From Telmatocola sphagniphila (GTDB lineage Bacteria > Planctomycetota > Planctomycetia > Gemmatales > Gemmataceae): a DNA stretch of 32,000 bases. Location: the NCBI RefSeq assembly GCF_018398935.1, contig NZ_CP074694.1:6540001-6572000 (forward strand), read 5' to 3'. Numbering within the stretch: the stretch's first letter is position 1; each line of letters begins with the position of its first letter. The notes beneath the pieces are model-generated. The model saw nothing but the letters and a program-made list of their open reading frames with translations, had not been told where the DNA came from and ran no database searches. The position numbers and the translations under genes are program-made. Below are positions 1-9,200 of the stretch, piece after piece.

Positions 1-2
1 TT

Positions 3-749
3 TCGGAAACAGGTCTGCTCGATGATCTGAAACGTCGGGGCACCAAGCACCTGTTTTATTTCCAGGTCGATAATCCCCTGGTGAAAATTTGCGATCCCGC
101 TTTTGTCGGCCGACACGTCGCTACTCGTTCGGAGCTTTCTTCGAAGGCGATCGCCAAGGAATATCCGAAAGAAAAAATGGGTGTTTTCGCGCTGATCAAT
201 GGACGCTGCAACATCGTCGAGTACTCCGATTTACCGGATGAGCTTGCAAATGCCCGGAGCGAAAAAGGGGATTTACTGCACAAAGCGGGTAGCCCGGCCA
301 TTCATATCTTCGAGATGGAATTTCTCGAGCGAATCACCCGAGGTGAACATCGTCTCCCTTTCCATGTCGCCCGCAAAAAAGTTCCCTGTCTCGATGCTAA
401 CGGCCATTTCCACTCGCCTACGGTTGAGAATGCCCTGAAATTCGAGATGTTCATTTTCGATTCGCTGCCGCTGGCGGATCGCTGGTTATTGATTCTGGAG
501 AAACGGCGGGAAGAGTTCGCCCCCCTGAAGAACGCCACCGGGGAGGATTCGCCCGAAGCCGTACGGCAAGCGCTGAGTAATCTGGCCGCCGACTGGTGCC
601 GACACGCCAGGTTGCCCGTACCGGTTGATAAGAGCTTCAAGTCGCTGGTTCCGCTCGAGATTAGCCCCCGATTTGCCATGGATGCGGTGGAGTTTGCCGC
701 ACGGGTGGGGCCGGTACAGAGCATCGATATGTCAAACTATTGGGAATAA
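3..749 (+). CDS. UDP-sugar pyrophosphorylase family protein (UDPGP nucleotidyltransferase family), 5' end outside window
   Basis: Frame 3 is open from the window edge (SETGLLDDLKRRGTKHLFYFQVDNPLVKICDP...), upstream of the GTG listed at 81. The blocks FYFQVDNPL, GVFALINGRCNIVEYSDLP and LKFEMFIFD resemble UAP1/USP-like UDPGP enzymes. TAA stop at 747-749. Confidence 0.75.
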   Translation, partial: SETGLLDDLKRRGTKHLFYFQVDNPLVKICDPAFVGRHVATRSELSSKAIAKEYPKEKMGVFALINGRCNIVEYSDLPDELANARSEKGDLLHKAGSPAIHIFEMEFLERITRGEHRLPFHVARKKVPCLDANGHFHSPTVENALKFEMFIFDSLPLADRWLLILEKRREEFAPLKNATGEDSPEAVRQALSNLAADWCRHARLPVPVDKSFKSLVPLEISPRFAMDAVEFAARVGPVQSIDMSNYWE

Positions 750-893
750 TAACGATTTTAACACCTCGAAATCGCTGAGGAACTTCTCCGGATCCCCAGC
801 GGCGGCGCAGCGTGCTATATAATCTTCCATCAGACCCAATTAGTGGAATCGCAGACAGTTAGAGCTAGCGGTTCCAATTTATCGAGATCCAAG

Positions 894-1973
894 ATGCTCC
901 ATGCCATGATCATGGCCGGTGGTGGCGGCACCCGATTCTGGCCCCGAAGCCGCGTCAAAAAGCCCAAGCAATTCCTTACCTTTTCCGGCGATCGCACTCT
1001 CCTTCAATCGACTATTGATCGAACGGAATCTCAGGTTCCGACCGATCGTGTGTGGATCCTCACCAGTGCCGCACATCGGGCGGAAGCGATCCATCAATTG
1101 CCGGAGTTGGATGAGAATCACGTGGTTGGCGAACCGATGGGACGGGACACGGCTCCCTGCATCGCTTTGGGGGCCGCGCTGATCGCCAAGGAGCATCCGG
1201 CGGGCATTATCATCGTTATGCCGGCCGATCACCTCATTGAACCGGTACAGGAATTTCGCCGGGCGGTGCACGCCGCGGAGCAACTGGCCCTGGATCATCC
1301 CGAAGCGCTGATCACTTTCGGCATTCCACCTACCTATCCGGCGGTCGGCTACGGATATATCCAGCGTGGCGCCTCGGCGGGACAAAAGCAGAATGTCCCG
1401 GTTTATGAGGTGAAGCAATTCCGTGAGAAGCCGAATTTTGACGATGCGCAGAAGTACATCGCTTCCGGTGAGTTCTACTGGAACAGCGGCATTTTCGTCT
1501 GGAAGGTGTCGGCTATTCTCGGAGAATTGAAACGGCAAAAACCGGAAATGCTGGAAGTCGTGCAAAAAATCGCCGATGCCTGGGGCACCGCAGATCAGGA
1601 GCACGTCTTCCGGCAGGAATATCCCAAGGCCGAAAAGATCTCCATTGACTACGCAGTGATGGAGAAAGCGAAGCAGGTCCTCGTCCTGCAGGCTCCCTAT
1701 CAATGGGATGACGTCGGTAGCTGGTTGGCTCTGGAGCGACGCAATCCGCAGGATGCTCAGGGCAACACCATCCAGGCCAATCATGTGGGAATCGACACTT
1801 CCAATTGCGTGATCGCCGGGGATTCCGAACGATTGATTGCGACGATCGGTGTTTCCAATCTACTGATCATTCAGGATGGCGATGCCACCTTGATTGCGGA
1901 CCGTAAGGATGAAGCCGCCGTGAAGCAGATTGTGGACCGATTGAAAGCGCCTGGTCTGGACAAATTTCTGTGA
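894..1973 (+). CDS. manC: mannose-1-phosphate guanylyltransferase (GDP-mannose pyrophosphorylase), no PMI/cupin extension
   Basis: The N-terminal MLHAMIMAGGGGTRFWPRSR matches the GGxGTRLWPxSR nucleotide-binding motif of ManC/CpsB. Further matching blocks are EPMGRDTAPCI, YGYI and FREKP...YWNSGIFVW. The ATG at 894 is preferred over the GTG at 843 because it places the glycine loop at the usual distance from the N-terminus. Confidence 0.85.
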   Translation: MLHAMIMAGGGGTRFWPRSRVKKPKQFLTFSGDRTLLQSTIDRTESQVPTDRVWILTSAAHRAEAIHQLPELDENHVVGEPMGRDTAPCIALGAALIAKEHPAGIIIVMPADHLIEPVQEFRRAVHAAEQLALDHPEALITFGIPPTYPAVGYGYIQRGASAGQKQNVPVYEVKQFREKPNFDDAQKYIASGEFYWNSGIFVWKVSAILGELKRQKPEMLEVVQKIADAWGTADQEHVFRQEYPKAEKISIDYAVMEKAKQVLVLQAPYQWDDVGSWLALERRNPQDAQGNTIQANHVGIDTSNCVIAGDSERLIATIGVSNLLIIQDGDATLIADRKDEAAVKQIVDRLKAPGLDKFL

Positions 1974-2422
1974 TAGCAGGTCGGCTGCTGGGAATGGACT
2001 TCGGCACGGTGCGGATCGGCCTTTCGGTGTGCGATCCGGACAAGATCATCGTTTCGCCCTTGCCCAAGTTGAATCGAAGTTCGCTGGAGGCCGATCAGAA
2101 GTTTCTGCAAAAGCTTCTCATGGAGGAATCCATCGCGGCCATTGTGTTGGGTCTGCCCATTCATCTGAGTGGAAATGAAGGCAAGAAATCCCTCGAAGTG
2201 CGGGCTTTTGCGGAGTGGCTGAAAACCTTCGTTTCTCGACCGGTTTTCCTTTGGGATGAACGGTTCTCATCGTCGGAAGCAGATGAATTGCTGGCCCTTC
2301 GGCAGATCTCGGCCAAAAAACGGAAAGAGCTGCGCGATTCGCTGTCGGCCGTGGTAATCCTGCAAAGTTTCATCGAAGCGGGTTGTCCCGAGGATTATAC
2401 CCCCCGCGCTCTCGACGGCTGA
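1970..2422 (+). CDS. ruvX: Holliday junction resolvase-like / pre-16S rRNA nuclease RuvX (YqgF family)
   Basis: LLGMDFGTVRIGLSVCD matches the YqgF N-terminal motif (GxDxGxxRIGxAxSD). Size is 150 aa. The GTG start overlaps the manC TGA (GTGA at 1970-1973). Confidence 0.85.
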   Translation: MIAGRLLGMDFGTVRIGLSVCDPDKIIVSPLPKLNRSSLEADQKFLQKLLMEESIAAIVLGLPIHLSGNEGKKSLEVRAFAEWLKTFVSRPVFLWDERFSSSEADELLALRQISAKKRKELRDSLSAVVILQSFIEAGCPEDYTPRALDG

Positions 2423-2552
2423 TAACTGTTACTGAAGTTCAATTCGGCACAAATTACCAACTTTAGCGGATTCGACTTTTTTTCTCATTATTCTCGATTG
2501 AGATTTTTTCAGCGGGGTCCGATATCGAAGAGGCTGGGAGATTCCAGCTCGG

Positions 2553-2990
2553 ATGAATCACCGTCATGGGAGGCGCCAAATGCGTGCCATCGCGTTACTG
2601 TTTATTACCGGATTGATGGCTTCCGCGGTTCGCGCGGGAGATCCCCCGGTTCCTGTCATCGTCCAGCCCGGCCAGACGATCATTATCAGCGGTGGGTCAG
2701 CCGCTCCGGTTACCAACGTGGTCACGCCGTCCACGAAAGTGGTCACCAGTGCCGCATCGGCAGCCTCCTGTAGCACCTGCGATAAGGATGGCAAGAAGAG
2801 CTTTTACGCGAAGATCAAGACCCGGCTGGGTGCTTGCCCGAACGGTTCCTGCGACGATAAAGGGTGCGCCAATCCGCTGGGTTGCGGCAACTTGTGGACC
2901 GACGGAAAATTCCTGTTTGGTAGCTGCCGGGACTTCTTCGGAACAGACGTTGCTGCGACGGGTCACCTGCACAAGACGAACGTTCCTTAA
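2553..2990 (+). CDS. small secreted Cys-rich hypothetical protein
   Basis: Signal peptide MRAIALLFITGLMASAVRA|GDPP. A second ATG at 2580 sits behind GGGAGG and may be the true start. A V/T/S/P-rich linker follows, then 7 Cys in the last ~75 residues (SCSTCDKDG, GACPNGSCDDKGCANPLGCGN, FGSCRDFFG). I recognise no family. Confidence 0.6.
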   Translation: MNHRHGRRQMRAIALLFITGLMASAVRAGDPPVPVIVQPGQTIIISGGSAAPVTNVVTPSTKVVTSAASAASCSTCDKDGKKSFYAKIKTRLGACPNGSCDDKGCANPLGCGNLWTDGKFLFGSCRDFFGTDVAATGHLHKTNVP

Positions 2991-3147
2991 TTTCTTTTAA
3001 GCGTTCGATGCGGCTGGCGATTCGTTTGCGGATCGCTGGCTTTCTGCAAATCGCAGCACCTCTCCGCTAAAAATATTCACGCGAAATTCGCATTCTCTGT
3101 TTCGTCGCAATTCGCCATCTGATAGTATCTCCTTTTTCCCGAACTCA

Positions 3148-4983
3148 TTGACGACTTTTATCAGGAGCAACCGCTTGAGTACGAGCGAGACGTCCGCCCC
3201 ACAACCCAAGGGGCACCCAATCGGTTTTCGTTTCTTTTTCTGGGGGGAATTCGCGGAGCGATTTTCGTTCTACGGGATGCGGGCGATTCTCGCTCTGTAT
3301 ATGGTTGACGAGTTAGGCATCAGCAAGGCGAATGCAAGCTTATATCAATCTCTGTTTCTCGCAGCCGTTTATTTCACACCGCTGATCGGCGGCTTCATCG
3401 CGGACAACTTCTTCGGAAAATATTGGACCATTGTGGGCTTTTCCTTGCCCTATCTGATCGGTCAGTTCTTAGTCGGATTCCCGAATAACTATGTTTTTGT
3501 CGGTTCACTCGCCTTGTTAGCCATGGGTTCGGGTGTAATAAAACCGAACATATCGTCGCTAATGGGTATGACGTACGATCAGCAAAGGCCGGGGCAGGAT
3601 ACACTGCGATCCGCTGCTTTTTCCTGGTTTTATTTTGCGGTGAATACCGGCGCCTTTTTATCGCAAATTATTTTGCCCTACATGCGTGACCACCACGGTT
3701 ACCGCGTGGCCTTCCTGACCCCATTTGCCTTCATGGCCCTGGCCCTGACGATCTTTGCTCTGGGCAAAAAATATTATGCCTTGGAGACTGGAGAACGAAA
3801 GGTCGCAACCTCGGAAGAGACTGCGGATAAATGGAAAGTGCTGGGTCTTGTCGTTTTACTCTTTGCGCCGTGCTGTTTCTTCTGGGCAATCTTCGATCAA
3901 TCGTCATTCACCTGGGTTTACTTCACGGACACCTATTCCAACACGGTAATCCACCTGCCGATTCTCGGCGAAGTTCCCTTCTCCTCGGACGGACTGCAGT
4001 TTTTCAATTCGCTCTTCATCCTGATCTTCGTTCCCATCAGCATCTGGTTTTGGAAGTTTTTGGATCGTCGCGGCATAAAAATCAAGGCAACTACCAAGTT
4101 GTTTACGGGGTTCATGCTGACTGCTTTGTGCATGCTGATTATGGCCGGGGCAGGTTTCCAGGCCGGCGAAATGAAGGAGACTCTGAGAATCTCCACTCCG
4201 TTCGCGGATTTTATTCTCCCTGCGGAATCCTTCAAATTGGATGGTGCCGATTTGCCCATGGACAAAAATAAAACGGTGACTTTTGAAGACGATAAAAAAT
4301 TCGCGTCGGGTTCCTTGCAGGAAGGGGATTTCAACCTCCACTTCGGGGAAGGAAAAATCGTCAAGAAAAAAGTGAACTTCCAGGATGGGACGCTCGAAAC
4401 ACCTGCCGGAACTCTGGTCTTCGCGAACGGACTGATCGATATCGAAAAATCTACACTCTTGTATAACGCTCAAGACAAGAAGATCATCAATGCAGTCAAC
4501 CCGCCGAAATCCGTGATCTCCATGATTCCGAAACCCGATTACGTTAAGGAGACCTTGGCCAAATTTGAAAGCGGCGCTCCTAAGGCGGAGACCGGCGAAA
4601 CGAAATCCGATGCGAAAATCACGATTTCGAATTTCGAGTACGTTCCCAAAGAACAACAAGTCACAGTCTGGTGGCAGATCTTCGCATATCTGATACTAAC
4701 TTTTGCCGAAATTCTCGTCTCCATCACTGGACTGGAATTGGCCTTCGTCATCGCACCCGACAGTATGAAAAGTCTGATTACCGGCTGCTGGCTGGCGACG
4801 GTCGGCGTGGCCAACCTGGCGATTAATGCCCCCATCACCGGTTATTATCCGGAGATGCGACCGGGCGTGTACTTTACGATGCTTACCATCATGATGCTGG
4901 TGGTGGCTTTCGCGTTTTTGTTTATCGTAAAGTTCGTGAACAAGGAAATGGCGGCGAGGGATGCTTCCAAAGGCAAAAAATAG
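3148..4983 (+). CDS. proton-dependent oligopeptide transporter (POT/PTR2 family, MFS) with a large inserted soluble domain
   Basis: PTR2 signatures are present: GEFAERFSFYGMRAILALYM (ExxER motif), FSWFYFAVNTGAF and WWQIFAYLILTFAEILVSITGLELAF. I count 12 hydrophobic segments by eye. The TTG start at 3148 is the only start upstream of the conserved N-terminal block. Confidence 0.85.
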   Translation: MTTFIRSNRLSTSETSAPQPKGHPIGFRFFFWGEFAERFSFYGMRAILALYMVDELGISKANASLYQSLFLAAVYFTPLIGGFIADNFFGKYWTIVGFSLPYLIGQFLVGFPNNYVFVGSLALLAMGSGVIKPNISSLMGMTYDQQRPGQDTLRSAAFSWFYFAVNTGAFLSQIILPYMRDHHGYRVAFLTPFAFMALALTIFALGKKYYALETGERKVATSEETADKWKVLGLVVLLFAPCCFFWAIFDQSSFTWVYFTDTYSNTVIHLPILGEVPFSSDGLQFFNSLFILIFVPISIWFWKFLDRRGIKIKATTKLFTGFMLTALCMLIMAGAGFQAGEMKETLRISTPFADFILPAESFKLDGADLPMDKNKTVTFEDDKKFASGSLQEGDFNLHFGEGKIVKKKVNFQDGTLETPAGTLVFANGLIDIEKSTLLYNAQDKKIINAVNPPKSVISMIPKPDYVKETLAKFESGAPKAETGETKSDAKITISNFEYVPKEQQVTVWWQIFAYLILTFAEILVSITGLELAFVIAPDSMKSLITGCWLATVGVANLAINAPITGYYPEMRPGVYFTMLTIMMLVVAFAFLFIVKFVNKEMAARDASKGKK

Positions 4984-4989
4984 ACGAGG

Positions 4990-5316
4990 TTAATATAGCG
5001 GCACCTTGGGGTCGATCTGCTTGCTCCAGGCGTCGATCCCACCCGACAGCGAGGCCACATTCTGAAAGCCGGCCTGTTGAATCAATGTCGCCCCGGTTAA
5101 GCTGCGAATGCCGTGATGGCAGTAAACTACGATCTTCGCCCCTTCCGGCGGATCGATCTCGCCCATATGCTCAATCAATTCGTTCAGCGGAATCAGAACA
5201 CTGTTGGCGATCCGACAGTGTTCGTTTTCCCACGGTTGCCGCACATCGACCAGATAGAGATTCTCGCCGTTGGCAATCAGGTCGGCCAACTCTCGCGGTT
5301 TGATTTGCGCTATCAT
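4990..5316 (-). CDS. single-domain rhodanese (sulfurtransferase) protein
   Basis: 108 aa. LYLVDVRQPWE and the active-site loop VVYCHHGIRS (CxxxxR[ST]) are typical of rhodanese domains. Confidence 0.85.
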   Translation of the reverse strand: MIAQIKPRELADLIANGENLYLVDVRQPWENEHCRIANSVLIPLNELIEHMGEIDPPEGAKIVVYCHHGIRSLTGATLIQQAGFQNVASLSGGIDAWSKQIDPKVPLY

Positions 5317-5325
5317 TTCACTTTC

Positions 5326-5769
5326 CTATTCGTCTGCGATGGCGGGAAGACCCAGGGCCGCTAGATACTGGCGTTCCATCTTTCGCATTAACTTGGAGTC
5401 TTTGGGTTTGCGGTCGTCGTAGCCGCACAGATGCAGGCAGCCGTGAATGACGTAGAGGCAAAGCTCTTCATCGGTGCTATGGCCGCGGTCGATGGCCTGC
5501 TCAATGGCCACCTCCACACCGATGACCAGTTCTCCCTCCAGCTTTTTTGCTCCGGAGCCGCTCCAGGGAAAAGTAATCACATCGGTGGGCTCATCGTGAT
5601 TGAGAAACTGCTTGTTGATGCGATGGATGGTCGTATTATCCACGAAGGCGAGGCTGATTTTGCCTTCCTTGAAACCTTCCCCTTCGACGACGGCCCGGGC
5701 ACATTCCCGCAACCGTTGGTAGGGGAGGGGGTGGATCTCCTGGGGCGATGCGACCGTAACGGAAATCAT
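5326..5769 (-). CDS. ybeY: rRNA maturation endoribonuclease YbeY
   Basis: 147 aa with the zinc-binding motif HGCLHLCGYDD (HGxLHLxGYDH-type) near the C-terminus and the VTFPW block. Confidence 0.9.
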   Translation of the reverse strand: MISVTVASPQEIHPLPYQRLRECARAVVEGEGFKEGKISLAFVDNTTIHRINKQFLNHDEPTDVITFPWSGSGAKKLEGELVIGVEVAIEQAIDRGHSTDEELCLYVIHGCLHLCGYDDRKPKDSKLMRKMERQYLAALGLPAIADE

Positions 5770-5815
5770 CCTGGCTAAGACTCCGGAAGAAGAACGAAAC
5801 CCTTGTTCTAGAAAC

Positions 5816-6274
5816 TTACAAATGGCGGATGTATTCTAAAGTCCAATTTCGCAGCCGTTCCCGATGCAGCGGTTCCAGTTCTCCCCAGGATCGCACCACT
5901 TTCCGACAGTTGGCTTCTCCGCAAGCACAATCGAGAGTCCAGCCTGGTTCCGACAGAGACGTCGAGTAATCCCAGACGATTTCTTCGCCGGCATCAATAT
6001 TTCGCAAGGCAAAGAGCTCCGGCTTTCCGGTCAGAAAACCGGTGTTGGGATTGCAGGAGTGATTGGCGCAATCGTCGAGGCGGTTCCCGTCGGAGCACAA
6101 CCAGAGATCGGGACCGATCTGCATGGCCAGCATATCGTCGGTGAGTTGATCGCCGCGCAGAATCTCGCCCCGCATGGGCAGCACGAGCTGATTTTTGACG
6201 ATGGGATCGAGCGTGAAGACGCCGCGACCTTTGTGCGAAGTCCGTCGAATTTCCAGTCGGGGAGGCGCTGTCAT
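5816..6274 (-). CDS. minimal SET-domain protein (putative protein-lysine methyltransferase)
   Basis: 152 aa. Contains GRGVFT, NHSCNPN and EEIVWDYS motifs, plus a C-terminal Cys cluster (CACGEANC) resembling a post-SET region. The ATG lies 9 nt after the stop of the upstream 1668-aa gene. Confidence 0.8.
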   Translation of the reverse strand: MTAPPRLEIRRTSHKGRGVFTLDPIVKNQLVLPMRGEILRGDQLTDDMLAMQIGPDLWLCSDGNRLDDCANHSCNPNTGFLTGKPELFALRNIDAGEEIVWDYSTSLSEPGWTLDCACGEANCRKVVRSWGELEPLHRERLRNWTLEYIRHL

Positions 6275-6283
6275 GAAGTCGTT

Positions 6284-9200
6284 TTATTTTCTCTCGGAAA
6301 TGGTTTCAAAGTAGTAGCGAATTTTGTTGGCGTAATCTTCCCCGTAGTGCGCTCGCATATCCTGAAGTATCTTTGCCTGTACCTCCCCGGGCAAATCGCC
6401 CCAGGCTTTCCCCGAATGCTTGGCCGCCTCGGGGCTGATGTTTTTTAGCTCGGAGAGTCCGCGCGGTACAACGGGGGCACCACCCGCCGGCGGTCCCTGG
6501 CGATTCTCAGTCACACTCGAAGGGGTCTGCTGCGGTTGTTGTACGCGCATCTGGCGGGCGGCGTTCTGAAGAGAATCGGCCGCTTGCTTCATGGAGGATT
6601 CCGCTTTTGCCGGAGTCTTTTGGACGAGTTCCTGGTGGGCGTTTTCCATCTGTTTGCGAGCATCATTGAGGGACTGACCGGCCTGAGCCATTGACTCGGC
6701 GTGCGGATCAATCTTGGCCTGATGCTGTTTGACAGCGGTCTCCAGATTCTGCAAAGCCTCCTGCATGGCCTTAAGGGCCGTTTCGGGTTGATCCTCCCGA
6801 TTGAGCTTCTGGGCCTGAGTCATCGATTTCGCGGCCTGCTGAGTGGCCTCTTGGGAACTTTGAGCCGATTTCTGAATTTCGGGTTGCTCGGCCGTGCGTT
6901 GAGTGAGATCCTGGAATTTCTTCTGCAATTCATTGGAACGCTGGCGAAGCTCTTCGAGCCGGTCCGCTTGCTGAGCCGGGCCGGCTTTGCTGTCGAGTTT
7001 CTCCAAGGCGGCGATGATCTCCTGTTCTTTCTGTGCCAGCTTTTTCGCCTCGGGTTCCTCCAGCAGCTTTTCAAACTGGGTTTTCGCGTTTCGCGCCTGC
7101 TCTTTGGCCGGGGTTATCCGGCCGTTCGACAATTCTTTCGCAGTGTCTTGGGCGGCCTGCTTGGCCTGCTTCGCCTGATCGACAATATCCGGATTCGGCA
7201 TCGGAGCTTTTCCCAGTCCGTTCGCCAGAGTTTCCGCCTGTTCGCCGATGGCTTTCTGCTTGGCGATGATTTCCTTAAGGGGGTTTTTATCGCCCTCCGG
7301 GTTGGTGTTTTTCATTGCCTCCTTACGGCGAAGCGTATCGTCGCTGAGCTGTTTCTGTTCCTGGGCCAGTTTGCGGGCTTCCTCCGCCTGGGCTTTCTGC
7401 GGGAGCGCCCCGGAGTTTTCCGCTTTGGATTCCGGCTTCGGTTCGGAGGCCGTCGTCGGGTGCAATTTGTCGGCGAATTTTTTGGCAGCCTCGGCGGCTT
7501 CCTTTCGGGCTTTGGCCAGATCATTCGGATTTTGGCTCAGGGCCTCTTGCAGTTTTTCGAGGGTTTTCTGCTTTTCCGCCGCCGCTTCGTCGCCTCCGGG
7601 AATCTGCCGGAGTTCGTCGATGGCCGATTGTAATTGCTTTTTCTGTTCGCTCATCGCCTGTGGGGAAAGTTTGCGGGCCGAGGGTTTTTCCAGGGATTCC
7701 GCATCCAGCAACTGCGTTTTACTCAGACGTTTCGCCTGGAGGGCGGCCTCCTCGGGATTGGCCATGCGCTCGGCCAGACGCTGCAAATGCTCTTCGGTCT
7801 CGAGCGAGGACTTTCGAGCTTCTTCGACTTTGGCCTCATTCAAATTCTGTTCCGTCTTACGGCTTAGAGTCAGGGCATCTTCCTTGCCGCGCGGCTCTTC
7901 GCCGATGTTTTGAGCCTGCAGTTTGCGAATGATATCGGACTGTTCCTTCCCGAGCCGCGCCCAGTCTTCTTTCTCCGTGCGCGGCTTTTTGCTGAGCAGG
8001 TCGATTTTCTCACTCAGATCTTTTTGCTGTTTTGCTAGCTCGGCCACCTGCTGTTCAGGAGTTTTCATGCCTGCCGAAGCCTGATCGAGCCGATCGAGTT
8101 CACGGCGTAATGTTTGTTGCGAACCGGCGATGTCCTGCACCCGGCCCGCTTTCAGATCCTCCCAGGCTCGCTTGGCCGCTTCCTTGGCTTTTTGAATGCG
8201 ATCGCCGTTTTCAGGAAGATCCAGTTTGTTGAGGGCTTCCTGCAACTTCTCCAGTTTCCGCGCCTGCTCGACTAACTTCCCCGAAGCTTCCCGATTCAAT
8301 TTTTCCGAATGCGGCTGCTTCTCCAGCGGTCGGAGAGCCAGATCGGTTTGACGGCTGAGAGTTTCCAATTCGTTTCGCATCGTGGTCAGGTTCTTGCGGG
8401 CTTGGGCGATGCGATCACCCAGGCTGGGAAGTTTCTCGGCCAGGCGGCGCAGGGCATCGCTGGCTTTCTGCAGAGAATCATCTACTTCGGAGCGTTTGGC
8501 TTTTTTCTGCAATCGATCGACGGCTTCCTGTGCCTTTTCGCTCGCCTGCTTTCGTTCTTGCAGCGGTGAGGCGGCATCACTCGGAAGCTTCAAAGCGGCA
8601 ATGGCCTCGTTGATCGATTTCTGTTCCAGCAACAAAGCGTTTTGCTTGTCCGCAGGAAGTTCGTCGAAATTCTTCTTCTGCGTCTCCTCGGCCAAACGCT
8701 TTCGGAAGAAATCCTGCGCCTCGGCCAGCTGCCGGGCCGCCTCGCGGGGATCGCGCACTTTATCAGCGGCCTCGGCTAGCTTCTGGGCGAATTTTTCGAT
8801 TTCCAGCGCGGAGCGGACCTGGTTATCGAAAGCATCACTAGGTCGGCCTTCCATCAGGTCCGATTCGGCTTTGCGCGCACTGGTCGAGGACAGCGGGGCA
8901 AGGCGGTTGGATCGCACGGTCGTTTCCGTGCGGCGGACGAAATCGTCAATCCGACTCGCGAGGCTGCTCTGACGTTGCGCCAGATCGCTGAGTTTGCCCC
9001 CCCGTTCTTCCTTCAAGGCTTCCTGTTGAGCGCCCAACAGTGATTTCAAGTTCTCGGCCAGAGCCTGTAACTGCGTCATCAAACTATTCACTTCACTGTT
9101 GTCGCCGGCTTTCAGGGCGTTGCGAAGATCTTCATTATCGGCCACCAGACGCTGCAATTTTTCCTGGATTTCGCGCTGCCGGGCATCGAGCTCGGTGAGC

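Noticed and set aside
4984-4989. A terminator between the convergent POT (stop at 4983) and rhodanese (stop at 4990) genes.
   Set aside because: Only 6 bp separate the stop codons and no hairpin is possible there. Termination signals, if any, must lie inside the opposing genes, so nothing further can be supported from sequence alone.
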